Shown: positions 30,588 to 40,762 of the stretch, piece by piece | How positions within the stretch are numbered: the stretch's first letter is position 1 | Layout: each line of letters opens with the position of its first letter | NCBI GenBank assembly: GCA_963663965.2 | Contig: CAXXFK010000011.1 | Span: 1-64,000 of the forward strand | Length of the DNA: 64,000 bases | Source of the DNA: Sedimentisphaerales bacterium | GTDB lineage: Bacteria > Planctomycetota > Phycisphaerae > Sedimentisphaerales > SM23-30 | Direction of reading: 5' to 3' | Position numbers and translations under genes: made by a program | Notes under the pieces: model-generated | Told to the model about the DNA's origin: nothing | Database searches by the model: none | Seen by the model: only the letters and a program-made list of their open reading frames with translations

Positions 30588-32695
30588 ATGAAAGCATCCA
30601 AAAAACGCTTTTTACCCGATCATTTTATCAATCGTGAGCTTAGCTGGCTGGAATTCAACGACCGGGTTTTACAGGAAGGTCTCAACGAAAACGTTCCGCT
30701 GATGGAACGACTGAAATTCCTGGCAATTGTCAGTTCCAATCTGGATGAATTTTTCATGATTCGAATGGCCGGAATCAAGCAGCAGTATATGGCCGGAGTA
30801 CGCACTCGTGATATCAGCGGATTAACCCCAGACAGCAACTCCTGTTGACGCATCAGCGCATCCGCCGGCTATTGACCGAGCAGTCTGAAGGAATCAATCA
30901 GACATTCCGTCAATTAGAAAACCATCAACTTCATATTTTACCTCCGGAGCATTGGACAAATCCTCAGAAGAAATACCTGAAAAACTACTTCCTTACCGAA
31001 GTTCTTCCCATTTTAACTCCCATTACTATCTCTTCGGCTCAAGACATACCGCTATTGCCCGGCCAGCAAATAAATATTATCCTCACGGTATCAGAAACGC
31101 CTGAAACGGAGCAGGCCACTGTCATTGTACCTGTTCCGCGCGAAACGTCACGTTTTATCACGATTCCTTCTGAAGAAGGACTTTTGCTGGCACGGTTGGA
31201 AGATACTATTCTACAGAATGCCGAAATACTGTATTCCGGCAAGACAATTTCGGATCGGGGGGCCTTTCGTATTGTCCGCGATGCCGATGTGGCCGTCGCA
31301 GATGATGAATCCGATGATCTGCTGAGCGCAATTGAAAAAGCTATTATCGACCGGCGACTACGCCAGGTGGTTCAAATTACCATTATGGCCCACCCTCGCT
31401 CCCCCCTGAGAAACTTGCTAAAAGACTGGTTTAACTTGCAGGATTACGAAATTTATGACTGTCAGAGTCTGTTGGATCCTGCTGCCCTGATGAGTATCGG
31501 ATTACGGGGTGGATTTGAACACCTGCACGATCCCCATTGGATACCCCAGGTGCCACTGGACCTGCTCGATAGCGATGATATCTGGCAGTCTGTGCGTAAC
31601 CAGGATATTCTGCTGTTCCATCCCTATGACAGTTTCGATCCGGTCGTTCAACTGGTACAACAGGCCGCACAAGACCCCAATGTTCTTGCGATTAAACAAA
31701 CCCTATACCGAACCAGCGGCAATTCTCCCATTGTCCAGGCGCTTGAGCTGGCGGCTATGAATGGAAAGCAAGTGACCGTCTTAGTAGAATTAAAAGCTCG
31801 TTTTGATGAAGCGCGCAATATTATCTGGGCCCGCCGTCTGGAAAATGCTGGATGCCTGGTCATCTACGGAGTTGCTGGTCTGAAAACACATTCCAAAGCC
31901 CTGCTGATTATTCGCCGGGAAGCCAACGGAATCCAGCGTTACGCCCATTTAGCGACTGGCAACTACAATGATAAAACCGCAAAGCTATATACGGATCTGG
32001 GACTCATAACCTTTGATCGCGATCTGACCGCCGACGTCAGTGCTTTTTTCAATATTTTAACCGGTTACTCTGAAATAATCGGATGGAATTCCCTCACAAT
32101 TGCCCCCACCGATATGCGTCGCCGGTTTCTGGAACTGATCGATCGGGAAATTCAAACCCATGCAGAGGATAATCCCGGTTTAATTATCGCCAAATGTAAT
32201 TCGCTGCAAGATCCGGAGATCATCAAAGCCCTGTACCGGGCCAGTTGTGCGGGAGTCAGAATTCAATTGAATGTGCGGGGTATCTGCTGTTTGAGACCCG
32301 GTATCAAAAAATTATCGGAAAACATTGCGGTAACTTCGATCATCGATCGCTATCTGGAACATGCCCGGATTTACTATTTCCGCAACGGCGGCCATGAAGA
32401 ATATTATTTAAGCAGCGCCGACTGGATGACACGAAATCTTGATAAACGCATGGAATTACTCTTTCCTATCCGAAAAGATCATCTTAAAAAACGAATTTCA
32501 CGAATTCTATCAATTTATTTTCAGGACAATACCAAAGCATTCACGATGATGCCCGATGGCACTTTTCTAAAAAAAGGTTCACATAACCCGCCATGCAGGG
32601 CACAGGAACTCTTTTATACCAATGCCGTTGAAACAGCCAGAAAAATGCCGGGAAAAACAGAATCATTTCGGCCAATAAAGAATCCGGATGCCTGA
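30588..32695 (+). CDS. ppk1: Polyphosphate kinase 1, frameshifted at CCCC 30826-30829
   Basis: ORF 30588 has [12 protein letters not shown]...[14 protein letters not shown] 30845 has [49 protein letters not shown]. One extra base restores [14 protein letters not shown]. Confidence 0.93.
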
Positions 32696-32851
32696 TATAT
32701 TTTAATTGAATAATAGTTCCTGCCAGACTATGTTTTATGCCTGAATCGATACCCTGATTGCTAAAATATAATTTAACATAGTCAATCAAAAGGCATTAAC
32801 TGTATATCAAGACCAATATACATATAACTACTTAATTTACGGAGTGTTACA

Positions 32852-34027
32852 GTGAGCAAGGTACTAATTGTAGGAGCGGGTGGCGTGGGAAACGTGGTCG
32901 TCAACAAATGCGCGCAACTCCCCGATATTTTCACTGAGATCGTCTTAGCCAGCCGTACCAAAGAAAAATGTGATCAGATTGCGGCGAATTTATCTCGCCC
33001 CATCGAAACGGCTCAGGTCGATGCGGATAACGTGGCTGAAATGGCGGCTCTTATCAAAAAAGTCAAACCCGATCTGGTCATCAATGTGGCGTTACCTTAT
33101 CAAGATCTGCCTATCATGGATGCCTGCCTGGAAACCGGGGTAGACTACCTGGATACTGCCAATTACGAACCCAAGGACGAAGCAAAATTCGAATACAAAT
33201 GGCAATGGGCCTACCAGGATCGTTTTAAAGACAAGAGTATCATGGCATTACTGGGCAGTGGTTTTGATCCTGGTGTTACCAATGTTTACTGTGCCTACGC
33301 TCTGAAACATTATTTTGATGAAATTCATTATGTCGACATCGTCGATTGCAATGCCGGCGATCACGGTCACCCTTTTGCCACCAATTTCAATCCGGAAATC
33401 AATATCCGTGAAATCACCCAGAACGGCAAATACTGGGAAGAGGGCCAATGGATTGAAATACCCGCAATGAGTGTTTCCCAGGATATCGACTTCCCTGAAG
33501 TCGGCATTAAAAAGGGCTATCTGCTCTATCATGAAGAACTCGAATCGCTGGTCAAGCATATTAAAGGCCTCAAACGCATCCGCTTTTGGATGACCTTTGG
33601 CGAACAATATATTAACCACCTGCGCGTGTTACAGAATGTAGGGATGACCAGTATAGAACCGGTTGATTTTGAAGGCCGCAAGATCATCCCCTTGCAGTTT
33701 CTCAAGGCCGTCCTGCCGGATCCTGGGTCACTGGGTGTTAACTATAAAGGAAAAACCTGTATCGGATGTATCATGGAAGGGATCAAAGATGGAAAACCCA
33801 GGGAAATAATGATTTATAACGTCTGCGACCACGCCGAATGTTACCGTGAAGTCAAGGCGCAGGCTGTTTCCTATACAACCGGCGTCCCGGCCATGATTGG
33901 CGCCAAGATGATGCTCACCGGCCAGTGGCATCAACCCGGGGTATTTAATATGGAACAATTCGATCCCGATCCCTTTATGGCTGACCTGAACCAGTATGGA
34001 CTACCCTGGAAAGTGATCGAGATGTAA
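32852..34027 (+). CDS. Carboxy(nor)spermidine synthase/dehydrogenase (saccharopine dehydrogenase family)
   Basis: GAGGVG, LPYQDL, YLDTANYE, GFDPGVTN, FATNFNPEINIRE, VSYTTGVP; operon with nspC. Confidence 0.92.
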   Translation: MSKVLIVGAGGVGNVVVNKCAQLPDIFTEIVLASRTKEKCDQIAANLSRPIETAQVDADNVAEMAALIKKVKPDLVINVALPYQDLPIMDACLETGVDYLDTANYEPKDEAKFEYKWQWAYQDRFKDKSIMALLGSGFDPGVTNVYCAYALKHYFDEIHYVDIVDCNAGDHGHPFATNFNPEINIREITQNGKYWEEGQWIEIPAMSVSQDIDFPEVGIKKGYLLYHEELESLVKHIKGLKRIRFWMTFGEQYINHLRVLQNVGMTSIEPVDFEGRKIIPLQFLKAVLPDPGSLGVNYKGKTCIGCIMEGIKDGKPREIMIYNVCDHAECYREVKAQAVSYTTGVPAMIGAKMMLTGQWHQPGVFNMEQFDPDPFMADLNQYGLPWKVIEM

Positions 34028-34082
34028 CTTTCTTCACCCAATGCTCTATCCCTAACATGAATAGCTTAAATAAGGAATTATT

Positions 34083-34385
34083 ATGATTATCATCGCTGCT
34101 ACGCTTGAAGCCAGACCGGGCCAGGAAGCGCCATTACAAGCCGCTTTGGAAGCTATGGTCCCCAAAGTCAAAACCGAATCCGGAGCCCTGACCTATACCC
34201 TGCATCGCGTCCAGGATAACCCGGCAAAATTCTTTTTCTATGAATGCTATACTGACCAGAATGCGGTCGATATCCATTGTTCCACCCCTTATTTCAAACA
34301 ACTTTTTGAAACGATAGAGCCGATGCTGGCCAGTGAACCTCAAGTCGAATTCTATGAAAAAATCGTCAGCCTGGAAGATTGCTGA
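34083..34385 (+). CDS. Antibiotic biosynthesis monooxygenase (ABM/quinol monooxygenase-like) protein
   Basis: ARPGQE...ESGALTYTLH...FFFYECY...H..TPYF; AAGGA RBS. Confidence 0.85.
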   Translation: MIIIAATLEARPGQEAPLQAALEAMVPKVKTESGALTYTLHRVQDNPAKFFFYECYTDQNAVDIHCSTPYFKQLFETIEPMLASEPQVEFYEKIVSLEDC

Positions 34386-34435
34386 ACTGTTCGTTTTTCT
34401 CAAATAGTGTCATAAAACCGAATTCACCTGAAATA

Positions 34436-35644
34436 ATGCACGATCCATCCAATTTGAACATCACTTTCGGCCAGAAATCCCAAATCAATCCAGACTGGGA
34501 TTTATCCACGCTCAGAACCCCCTGTTATCTGATCGATCGCGAATTACTCGCCAGGAACCTGCAAATTCTGAACCGGGTACAGCAACAGACCGGCTGCAAG
34601 ATCCTCCTTGCTTTGAAAGGCTTTGCCTGTTGGAGTGTCTTCGACCAGTGCAGCCGGATATTGAAAGGTGTTACCTGCAGTGCTTTACACGAAGCCAGGC
34701 TGGGCCGTGAATATTTTCCGGGTGAAGTCCATCTCTGTGCACCGGCCTGGCGTCCGGACGAAATGTCAGCACTCCTTGATCTCGCTGACCATATTGTCTT
34801 CAACTCCTTTAGCCAATGGCAATATTTTCGCCAACAGGTCCTGGATTACAACCAGTCCTCAAACAAACCAGTTGAATGCGGCCTGCGAGTCAACCCCCGT
34901 CACAGCGAAGTGGATACGCCCATTTATGATCCCTGCAGCCCCGGTTCCCGCCTGGGAATCACACCCGAAAATTTCCAGCCGGACCAGCTCACCGGTATCG
35001 ACGGCCTCCATTTCCACACCCTCTGTGAACTCAATGCCGACTCTCTCCAGCGCACCCTGCCTGCTTTTGAAAAACACTTTGGCCAGTTTATTCCCAAAAT
35101 GAAATGGATCAATTTTGGCGGCGGTCATCATATCACCCGCGCCGATTATGATATCGATCTGCTCTGCCAACTCATTACCGACTTTCGTCATCGTTACAAC
35201 AAGATTACCGTCTATCTCGAACCCGGTGAGGCCATCGCCCTGAATACCGGTTTCCTGATTGCGTCCGTTCTCGATATCATTCATAACGACCTGGATATCG
35301 CCATTCTCGACACCTCCGCCTCGGCCCATATGCCCGACGTTCTCGAAATGCCCTATCGCCCCCACATCGAATCCGGCGATCTACCCGGCAAACGCTCTCA
35401 CACCTACCGCCTGGCCGGCCCCACCTGTCTGGCCGGCGATATCATCGGCGACTACTCCTTCGATGCCCCTCTGAAAATCGGTGATAAACTTATTTTCCAC
35501 GACATGGCCCATTATACCATGGTCAAGAACACCATGTTTAATGGCATCAACCTGCCCGATATCGCCCTTTACAACCCGGCGGACAAACAAATCACCCTCC
35601 AGCGCCGCTTCGGATACGAAGACTTTAAAAACCGCCTTTCCTGA
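34436..35644 (+). CDS. nspC: Carboxy(nor)spermidine decarboxylase
   Basis: LLALKGF (PLP Lys), GLRVNP, YDPC..GSRLG, HFHTLCE, NFGGGH, LEPGEA, MPDVLEMPY, GPTCLAGD. Confidence 0.93.
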   Translation: MHDPSNLNITFGQKSQINPDWDLSTLRTPCYLIDRELLARNLQILNRVQQQTGCKILLALKGFACWSVFDQCSRILKGVTCSALHEARLGREYFPGEVHLCAPAWRPDEMSALLDLADHIVFNSFSQWQYFRQQVLDYNQSSNKPVECGLRVNPRHSEVDTPIYDPCSPGSRLGITPENFQPDQLTGIDGLHFHTLCELNADSLQRTLPAFEKHFGQFIPKMKWINFGGGHHITRADYDIDLLCQLITDFRHRYNKITVYLEPGEAIALNTGFLIASVLDIIHNDLDIAILDTSASAHMPDVLEMPYRPHIESGDLPGKRSHTYRLAGPTCLAGDIIGDYSFDAPLKIGDKLIFHDMAHYTMVKNTMFNGINLPDIALYNPADKQITLQRRFGYEDFKNRLS

Positions 35645-35671
35645 TCTGTTCCCTGGTTGCTACCCACCAGC

Positions 35672-36877
35672 CTACAACTCCCCAAATAAACTCGACTCAA
35701 CTCCCACTGGCTCCCTGGCCGGTAGTGTCAGATAAGCTCCTGCCACGCCAGTCCGCACCCCCAGCTGCTTTAAATCCGCCAGTGAACGAAACTTGCTTTC
35801 CTTGCGATATTTCAAAATCCTTCTGACCGAACGCGGTCCGATACCCGGCACCCGCAACAACAGCCAGCGGTCGGCGCGATTGATATCCACCGGAAACAAA
35901 TGGGGATGATGATCCGCCCAGATCTGCTTGGGATCACGTTTCAGATCAAGCTGTCCTTCTCCATTTAAAGCAATATCTCCCAACTCGAATCCATATTGCC
36001 TGAACAGAAAATCAACCTGATAAAGACGATGCTCGCGCATAAATGGCTCGGTTTTCTCTCGGACGCCTTTTGCCATAACAATATCATCCTGGAATAATGT
36101 GCTGCTGCACATGTCTCGTCGATCCGGGGATTGATAGGCGGAAAAATAGACCCGCTCCAGTTGAATTTTTTCATACAGCCGATGCGTCGCCAACACAATC
36201 TCCCGATCGGTCTCTCCCGCTGCCCCCACGACAAACTGGGTCGTCATATGACATTGCGGTCGATATTGCAACCGCGCTTCTCGAATGGCTTTCATGGTGT
36301 CGATAATATCTTCATGAAACCGTTTCCGCTGGCTCAATCTCGCCATCCGCTGCGCGGTCGGCGCTTCAATATTCACCGAGACCCGCGTGGCAACCTTGAC
36401 GGCCTGTTCGATAGCTTCCCGGCTGGCGCCCGGAATGACCTTCAGGTGGATGAACCCCTTAAACGCGTAGCGCCGGCGGACCAGTTCAACCGTCGCCAGC
36501 ATTTTCTCCATGGTCTGATCGGGTGTTCCGGTCACTCCGGATGACAGAAACAAGCCCTCCACCAGACGAGCCTGATAAAGCTGATCGAACACCCCGGCCA
36601 GTTGATCGGGACTCAGCGTGCACCGGTTCATATCCCGATACTGATTGAATGGACAATACGAACAGTCATTGACACATTGATTCGATTGCAGCGTCTTTAA
36701 TAAAAAGACCCTCCGGCCATCTGGAAGCGCCGCCGGATAGATCCACTGCCCTTCGATCCCGCGCCGGCGGCCGGGCTCTTCCGCCCGTTTACAGGCGCAA
36801 GACAAATCGAACTTACTCGATTCCGCCAATACATCCAGTTTTTGCCGCGCATCCATTCCGGCACCTGTGTTGTTCAT
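35672..36877 (-). CDS. Putative DNA modification/repair radical SAM protein with C-terminal HhH (TIGR03916-like)
   Basis: CVNDCSYC, GLFLSSG, IHLKVIPG, REHRLYQVDFL, VDINRA...LLRVPGIG. Confidence 0.88.
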   Translation of the reverse strand: MNNTGAGMDARQKLDVLAESSKFDLSCACKRAEEPGRRRGIEGQWIYPAALPDGRRVFLLKTLQSNQCVNDCSYCPFNQYRDMNRCTLSPDQLAGVFDQLYQARLVEGLFLSSGVTGTPDQTMEKMLATVELVRRRYAFKGFIHLKVIPGASREAIEQAVKVATRVSVNIEAPTAQRMARLSQRKRFHEDIIDTMKAIREARLQYRPQCHMTTQFVVGAAGETDREIVLATHRLYEKIQLERVYFSAYQSPDRRDMCSSTLFQDDIVMAKGVREKTEPFMREHRLYQVDFLFRQYGFELGDIALNGEGQLDLKRDPKQIWADHHPHLFPVDINRADRWLLLRVPGIGPRSVRRILKYRKESKFRSLADLKQLGVRTGVAGAYLTLPAREPVGVESSLFGEL

Positions 36878-36988
36878 CCTGTAAGGTTATTATCAATCGA
36901 AAATGTCCGCATGGCTGTGAATGGCGTTTTTTTAAAATATAACGCCACTGGCGAGCGATTGGATATTTCCATACCCGAGGGGTATCGA

Positions 36989-39900
36989 TCAGGCCACCGC
37001 CCCTTCCGGTTCAGGATTATCTTCTTCGCCGGAGAATTTGACGGATACCTTCTTGCTCACACCGCGTTCCTGCATGGTAATACCGTATATCACATCGGCA
37101 ATACTCATGGTACGCCGCGCGTGGGTAATAATCACAAATTGCGATTCATTCAGGAACTCTTTCACTACCATATTAAACCGTTCGATATTCGCCTCATCCA
37201 ACGCCGCGTCCACCTCATCCAACAGACAGAACGGACTCGGCTTGCTGCGGAATATCGCCATCAGCAGCGCCACTGCCGCCATGGTTTTCTCGCCGCCGCT
37301 CATCAGCGTAATGCTCTGCAACTGTTTGCCGGGCGGTCGCGCGATAATATCAATCCCGCATTCCAGAATATTCTCCGGATCCTGCAGGATAATATCCGCC
37401 TTACCCCCTCCAAATAATTTCCGGAACAACTCCGCAAAATTCTCCCGGATCGCCTCAAAGTTCTTACGGAAGATCTCGGTACTCTCCACATTAATCTTCT
37501 CGATCAGCTGCTCCAGCTGCTTGCGCGATTCCGTCAGATCGTTAAACTGTCCGGTCAGATATTCAAACCGTTCTTCCAGCTCCTCCTGTTCGGCAATCGC
37601 GTCCAGGTTGATATTGCCCAGCCGGTGAATCTTGTCTTTAAGATCCTTGATCTCCGCGGCCACGGCCTCCCAGTCCATTTCCTGGATTTCGTGTTCCTGA
37701 ATCTTCTCTTCCAGATTGATTGCCAATTCTTCGTTGGCGCGTTGCAGCAAACTCTCCGTTCGCAAATTGGCCTCGTTGTATTTCATCTGCAATTCATGCA
37801 AACGGTTCTGCTTTTCTTCGCGCAAACGATTCTGGGCGCGACAGGCCTCTTCCAGAGCCGCTTTTTCGCCAGTCAATTCTTCCTGACGCTGGCGCACGGT
37901 TCGCAGTTGCTCCTGACCTTGCTGACGCTCCATAAACAACTCGGCAATCCGGCTCTCGGCCTGCAATATGGTGCGTTGTGTCTGCACCAGGTTCTCACCT
38001 GCCGTATCCAGATCATGCTGCATACTCGAAATATTATGACGATACTGCTGCATCTGGGATCGGATCGTTGCCAATTGCTCACGCGTACCCAGTGTTTTCT
38101 GCTGGATCTGGCCAAGAGTCACTTTCAAATTGGTGATGCTATTGATCGCGTCTTGATCCTGATTTTCCAGAACGGCTATCTGTTCCTCCAGAAAATCGAT
38201 ATGCTCCTGACGCTGACGGTTGATTTCCTGCAATTCATCCAGGTCTCGCTTACTGGTGGCTTGGTTTTCCATCGCTTCGGTGATTTGCTGTTCGATCATG
38301 GACACTTCCGAAGCAATCAATGGTTCTTCCTGTTTGAGACGGTCAGTATTCTGATCGATCTGTTCGATCCGTCCCCGGGTCTCCACTTCCTCGGCCCGTG
38401 CTTCATAGATCGCTGTTCGCAACTCCTGCAGATTCCTTTCCAGATGCTGGGCCTGGCTGGCAAACTGCTCCGATTGACGCACCAGTTCCTCGATCCGTTC
38501 CTCCACTTCCTTGATACCCGACTTCAGTTCTCTTAATTCGCTTTTACGCGAAATCAGACCGGCCTGCCCCGTATTCGGCCCCACATGCAAAACACCCGCC
38601 GCCTCCAAAACCTGGCCATCCATCGTGACAAACCGGTAACCGGCCGGAACAAGATTGGCCACCTCAAAAGCAGCCGCAAGATTGTCTACCAGCAAGGTCT
38701 TGCCTAACAACTGGCCTGCCAGTTTTTCGCAATCGTGCGAGGCGCTGACCAGATCGGATAACCTTGCCCTCACCTGAGACAACCCCGAACAATCGAACGG
38801 CTCATCGGCAGTATTGATCCGATCCAGGCATATCATTCGAACCCGTCCCTTAAGCTCCTCATAATGGGCCGCGTGATTCAGAAGCGCCTGACTGTCCGAC
38901 ACCACCAGATATTGCGATACATTATCCAGCGCGGCTTCGACCAGCGCGGCATGTTGCACATCGGCCCGGATCAATTCCGCCACAATCCCCCGAATATAAT
39001 AATAATCGTCCGGGGCTTTTTTCCGCTCCTGCAAGATCTGCCGGACGCCCTGATCGATGCCTTCAAAACGCGATTCCATGTCCGACAACACTTGCTGCCT
39101 TGACAGCAAACCGCTGCGGTACTCCCGGGCCGTTGACAGGTTTTCTGAACATTGCAACCGTTCTTCACTGATCCGGGCCAGTTGCTCCCGCTTGGTCTCC
39201 AGCTGCTGTTGCGATTCGCCTTGCAGTTTCTGGATGGCGCCCAGTTTCTCTTCATATTGAGCCCGGCGTGTCAGCAACTCCCCCACTTCCTTGCGGATCT
39301 GATCCGACCGGTCATTTAACCGGTCTTTCTGACCCGATAGATTGTCCTGACGCATCGTTAGCGATTCTATCTCGTTATGCAGCCGCGCGGTTCGACGCAC
39401 GATATCGAACAATCCGGTTTTCTCATCATCCAGTTGGGCCCGATACTCATTCAGTTCCAGAATCGTTTGCTGCCGTTCCTGTTGGGCCGTTTCCAGCTCA
39501 CTCCGCCGTTGTTCCACCTCTCCATCTGAAGCGGCCAGTTCCTGTTCACAATGGCGGATCTGTTCTTCAAGCCCCTGGCACTGCTGACGCATCTCCATAA
39601 TCTGCTGACGATTACGCGTGATCATCCCCTGCAACTCTTCGCAACGGGTATGACCAAAATCGATCCGATCCTGCTGAGAACCGATCTGGCTGGTATACTG
39701 CAATAATTGATTCTCAATCTGCCGCAATTCCCGATCCACTTGATCCACCTGATCGGTCAGGATACTCAGCTGCGCTTGATTTCGCTCGTTTTCCGTGGTC
39801 AGGCCTACCAACTCATCCTGAACCACATCCATATCGTGCCGCTTCTCACGCGAATCAATCTGATACCGGTTATATTCTGACAGATATTGATTCAAACGTA

Positions 39901-40573
39901 ATTCATTCAAGCGTTGCGAATACGTCTGGTAGTTCCGCGCCTTACCGGCCTGCACCTTGATCGCTCTCAGCCGTTTTTCCACTTCAGCAATAATATCCTG
40001 CAATCGCAACAGGTTCTGTTCCGTTCGGTCCAGTTTCCTCAATGCTTCTTTCTTGCGCGCCTTGTATCGACTGATCCCTGCCGCTTCCTCAAAGATCGCC
40101 CGCCGTTCATCCGCGTTCGCTTGCAGCATGGTCGTCACTTTACCCTGCTCGATAATCGAATAGGTGTCCGCCCCCACACCCGTATCCATAAACAGTTCCC
40201 GAATGTCTTTCAAACGGCAAGTCTTTCCCCCCAGCATGTACTGGCTCTCACCGCTGCGAAATAGTTTGCGTGTTACCGACACCTCATTCATGTCCAGATT
40301 TAATAGCCGGCTGCTGTTGTCGAATACCAGCGTCACTTCGGCATAACCCATGCTTTTCCGGTTGCTGGTCCCGTTAAAAATCACATCCAGCATCTGGTTG
40401 CCGCGCAGGCTCTTGGCGCTCTGTTCGCCCAATACCCATTTCACCGCGTCCACAACGTTACTTTTACCGCAACCATTGGGTCCGACAATCACCGTCACAC
40501 CGTCGCCGAAATCAAATTCGGTTTTATCGGCGAAACTTTTAAATCCGCAAACAACGATCTTTCTTAATTTCAT
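36989..40573 (-). CDS. smc: Chromosome segregation protein SMC
   Basis: GFKSFA, GPNGCGKSN, long coiled coils with hinge, MSGGEK, LLDEVDAALD, IITH. Confidence 0.97.
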   Translation of the reverse strand: MKLRKIVVCGFKSFADKTEFDFGDGVTVIVGPNGCGKSNVVDAVKWVLGEQSAKSLRGNQMLDVIFNGTSNRKSMGYAEVTLVFDNSSRLLNLDMNEVSVTRKLFRSGESQYMLGGKTCRLKDIRELFMDTGVGADTYSIIEQGKVTTMLQANADERRAIFEEAAGISRYKARKKEALRKLDRTEQNLLRLQDIIAEVEKRLRAIKVQAGKARNYQTYSQRLNELRLNQYLSEYNRYQIDSREKRHDMDVVQDELVGLTTENERNQAQLSILTDQVDQVDRELRQIENQLLQYTSQIGSQQDRIDFGHTRCEELQGMITRNRQQIMEMRQQCQGLEEQIRHCEQELAASDGEVEQRRSELETAQQERQQTILELNEYRAQLDDEKTGLFDIVRRTARLHNEIESLTMRQDNLSGQKDRLNDRSDQIRKEVGELLTRRAQYEEKLGAIQKLQGESQQQLETKREQLARISEERLQCSENLSTAREYRSGLLSRQQVLSDMESRFEGIDQGVRQILQERKKAPDDYYYIRGIVAELIRADVQHAALVEAALDNVSQYLVVSDSQALLNHAAHYEELKGRVRMICLDRINTADEPFDCSGLSQVRARLSDLVSASHDCEKLAGQLLGKTLLVDNLAAAFEVANLVPAGYRFVTMDGQVLEAAGVLHVGPNTGQAGLISRKSELRELKSGIKEVEERIEELVRQSEQFASQAQHLERNLQELRTAIYEARAEEVETRGRIEQIDQNTDRLKQEEPLIASEVSMIEQQITEAMENQATSKRDLDELQEINRQRQEHIDFLEEQIAVLENQDQDAINSITNLKVTLGQIQQKTLGTREQLATIRSQMQQYRHNISSMQHDLDTAGENLVQTQRTILQAESRIAELFMERQQGQEQLRTVRQRQEELTGEKAALEEACRAQNRLREEKQNRLHELQMKYNEANLRTESLLQRANEELAINLEEKIQEHEIQEMDWEAVAAEIKDLKDKIHRLGNINLDAIAEQEELEERFEYLTGQFNDLTESRKQLEQLIEKINVESTEIFRKNFEAIRENFAELFRKLFGGGKADIILQDPENILECGIDIIARPPGKQLQSITLMSGGEKTMAAVALLMAIFRSKPSPFCLLDEVDAALDEANIERFNMVVKEFLNESQFVIITHARRTMSIADVIYGITMQERGVSKKVSVKFSGEEDNPEPEGAVA

Positions 40574-40762
40574 ATGTGGTTAGTCCTCCGTGACTATATC
40601 TTTCTGACTCAAGTCAGTCTATATTTTATTTATCAATTCGATTTCTCATCCAGTGCCGAAAGACTGGGTCTATTACGAATACAATTTTACGTAAAATGGC
40701 AAAGAAATCTCAACAGGGCGACAAATACTACTGTGATCCTGTTTGGCTCCGGCACTGCCGGG

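Noticed and set aside
30826..30829. Phase variation or programmed frameshifting in ppk1
   Set aside because: A 4-nt run is too short for a contingency tract and no slippery heptamer is evident; sequencing error is simpler
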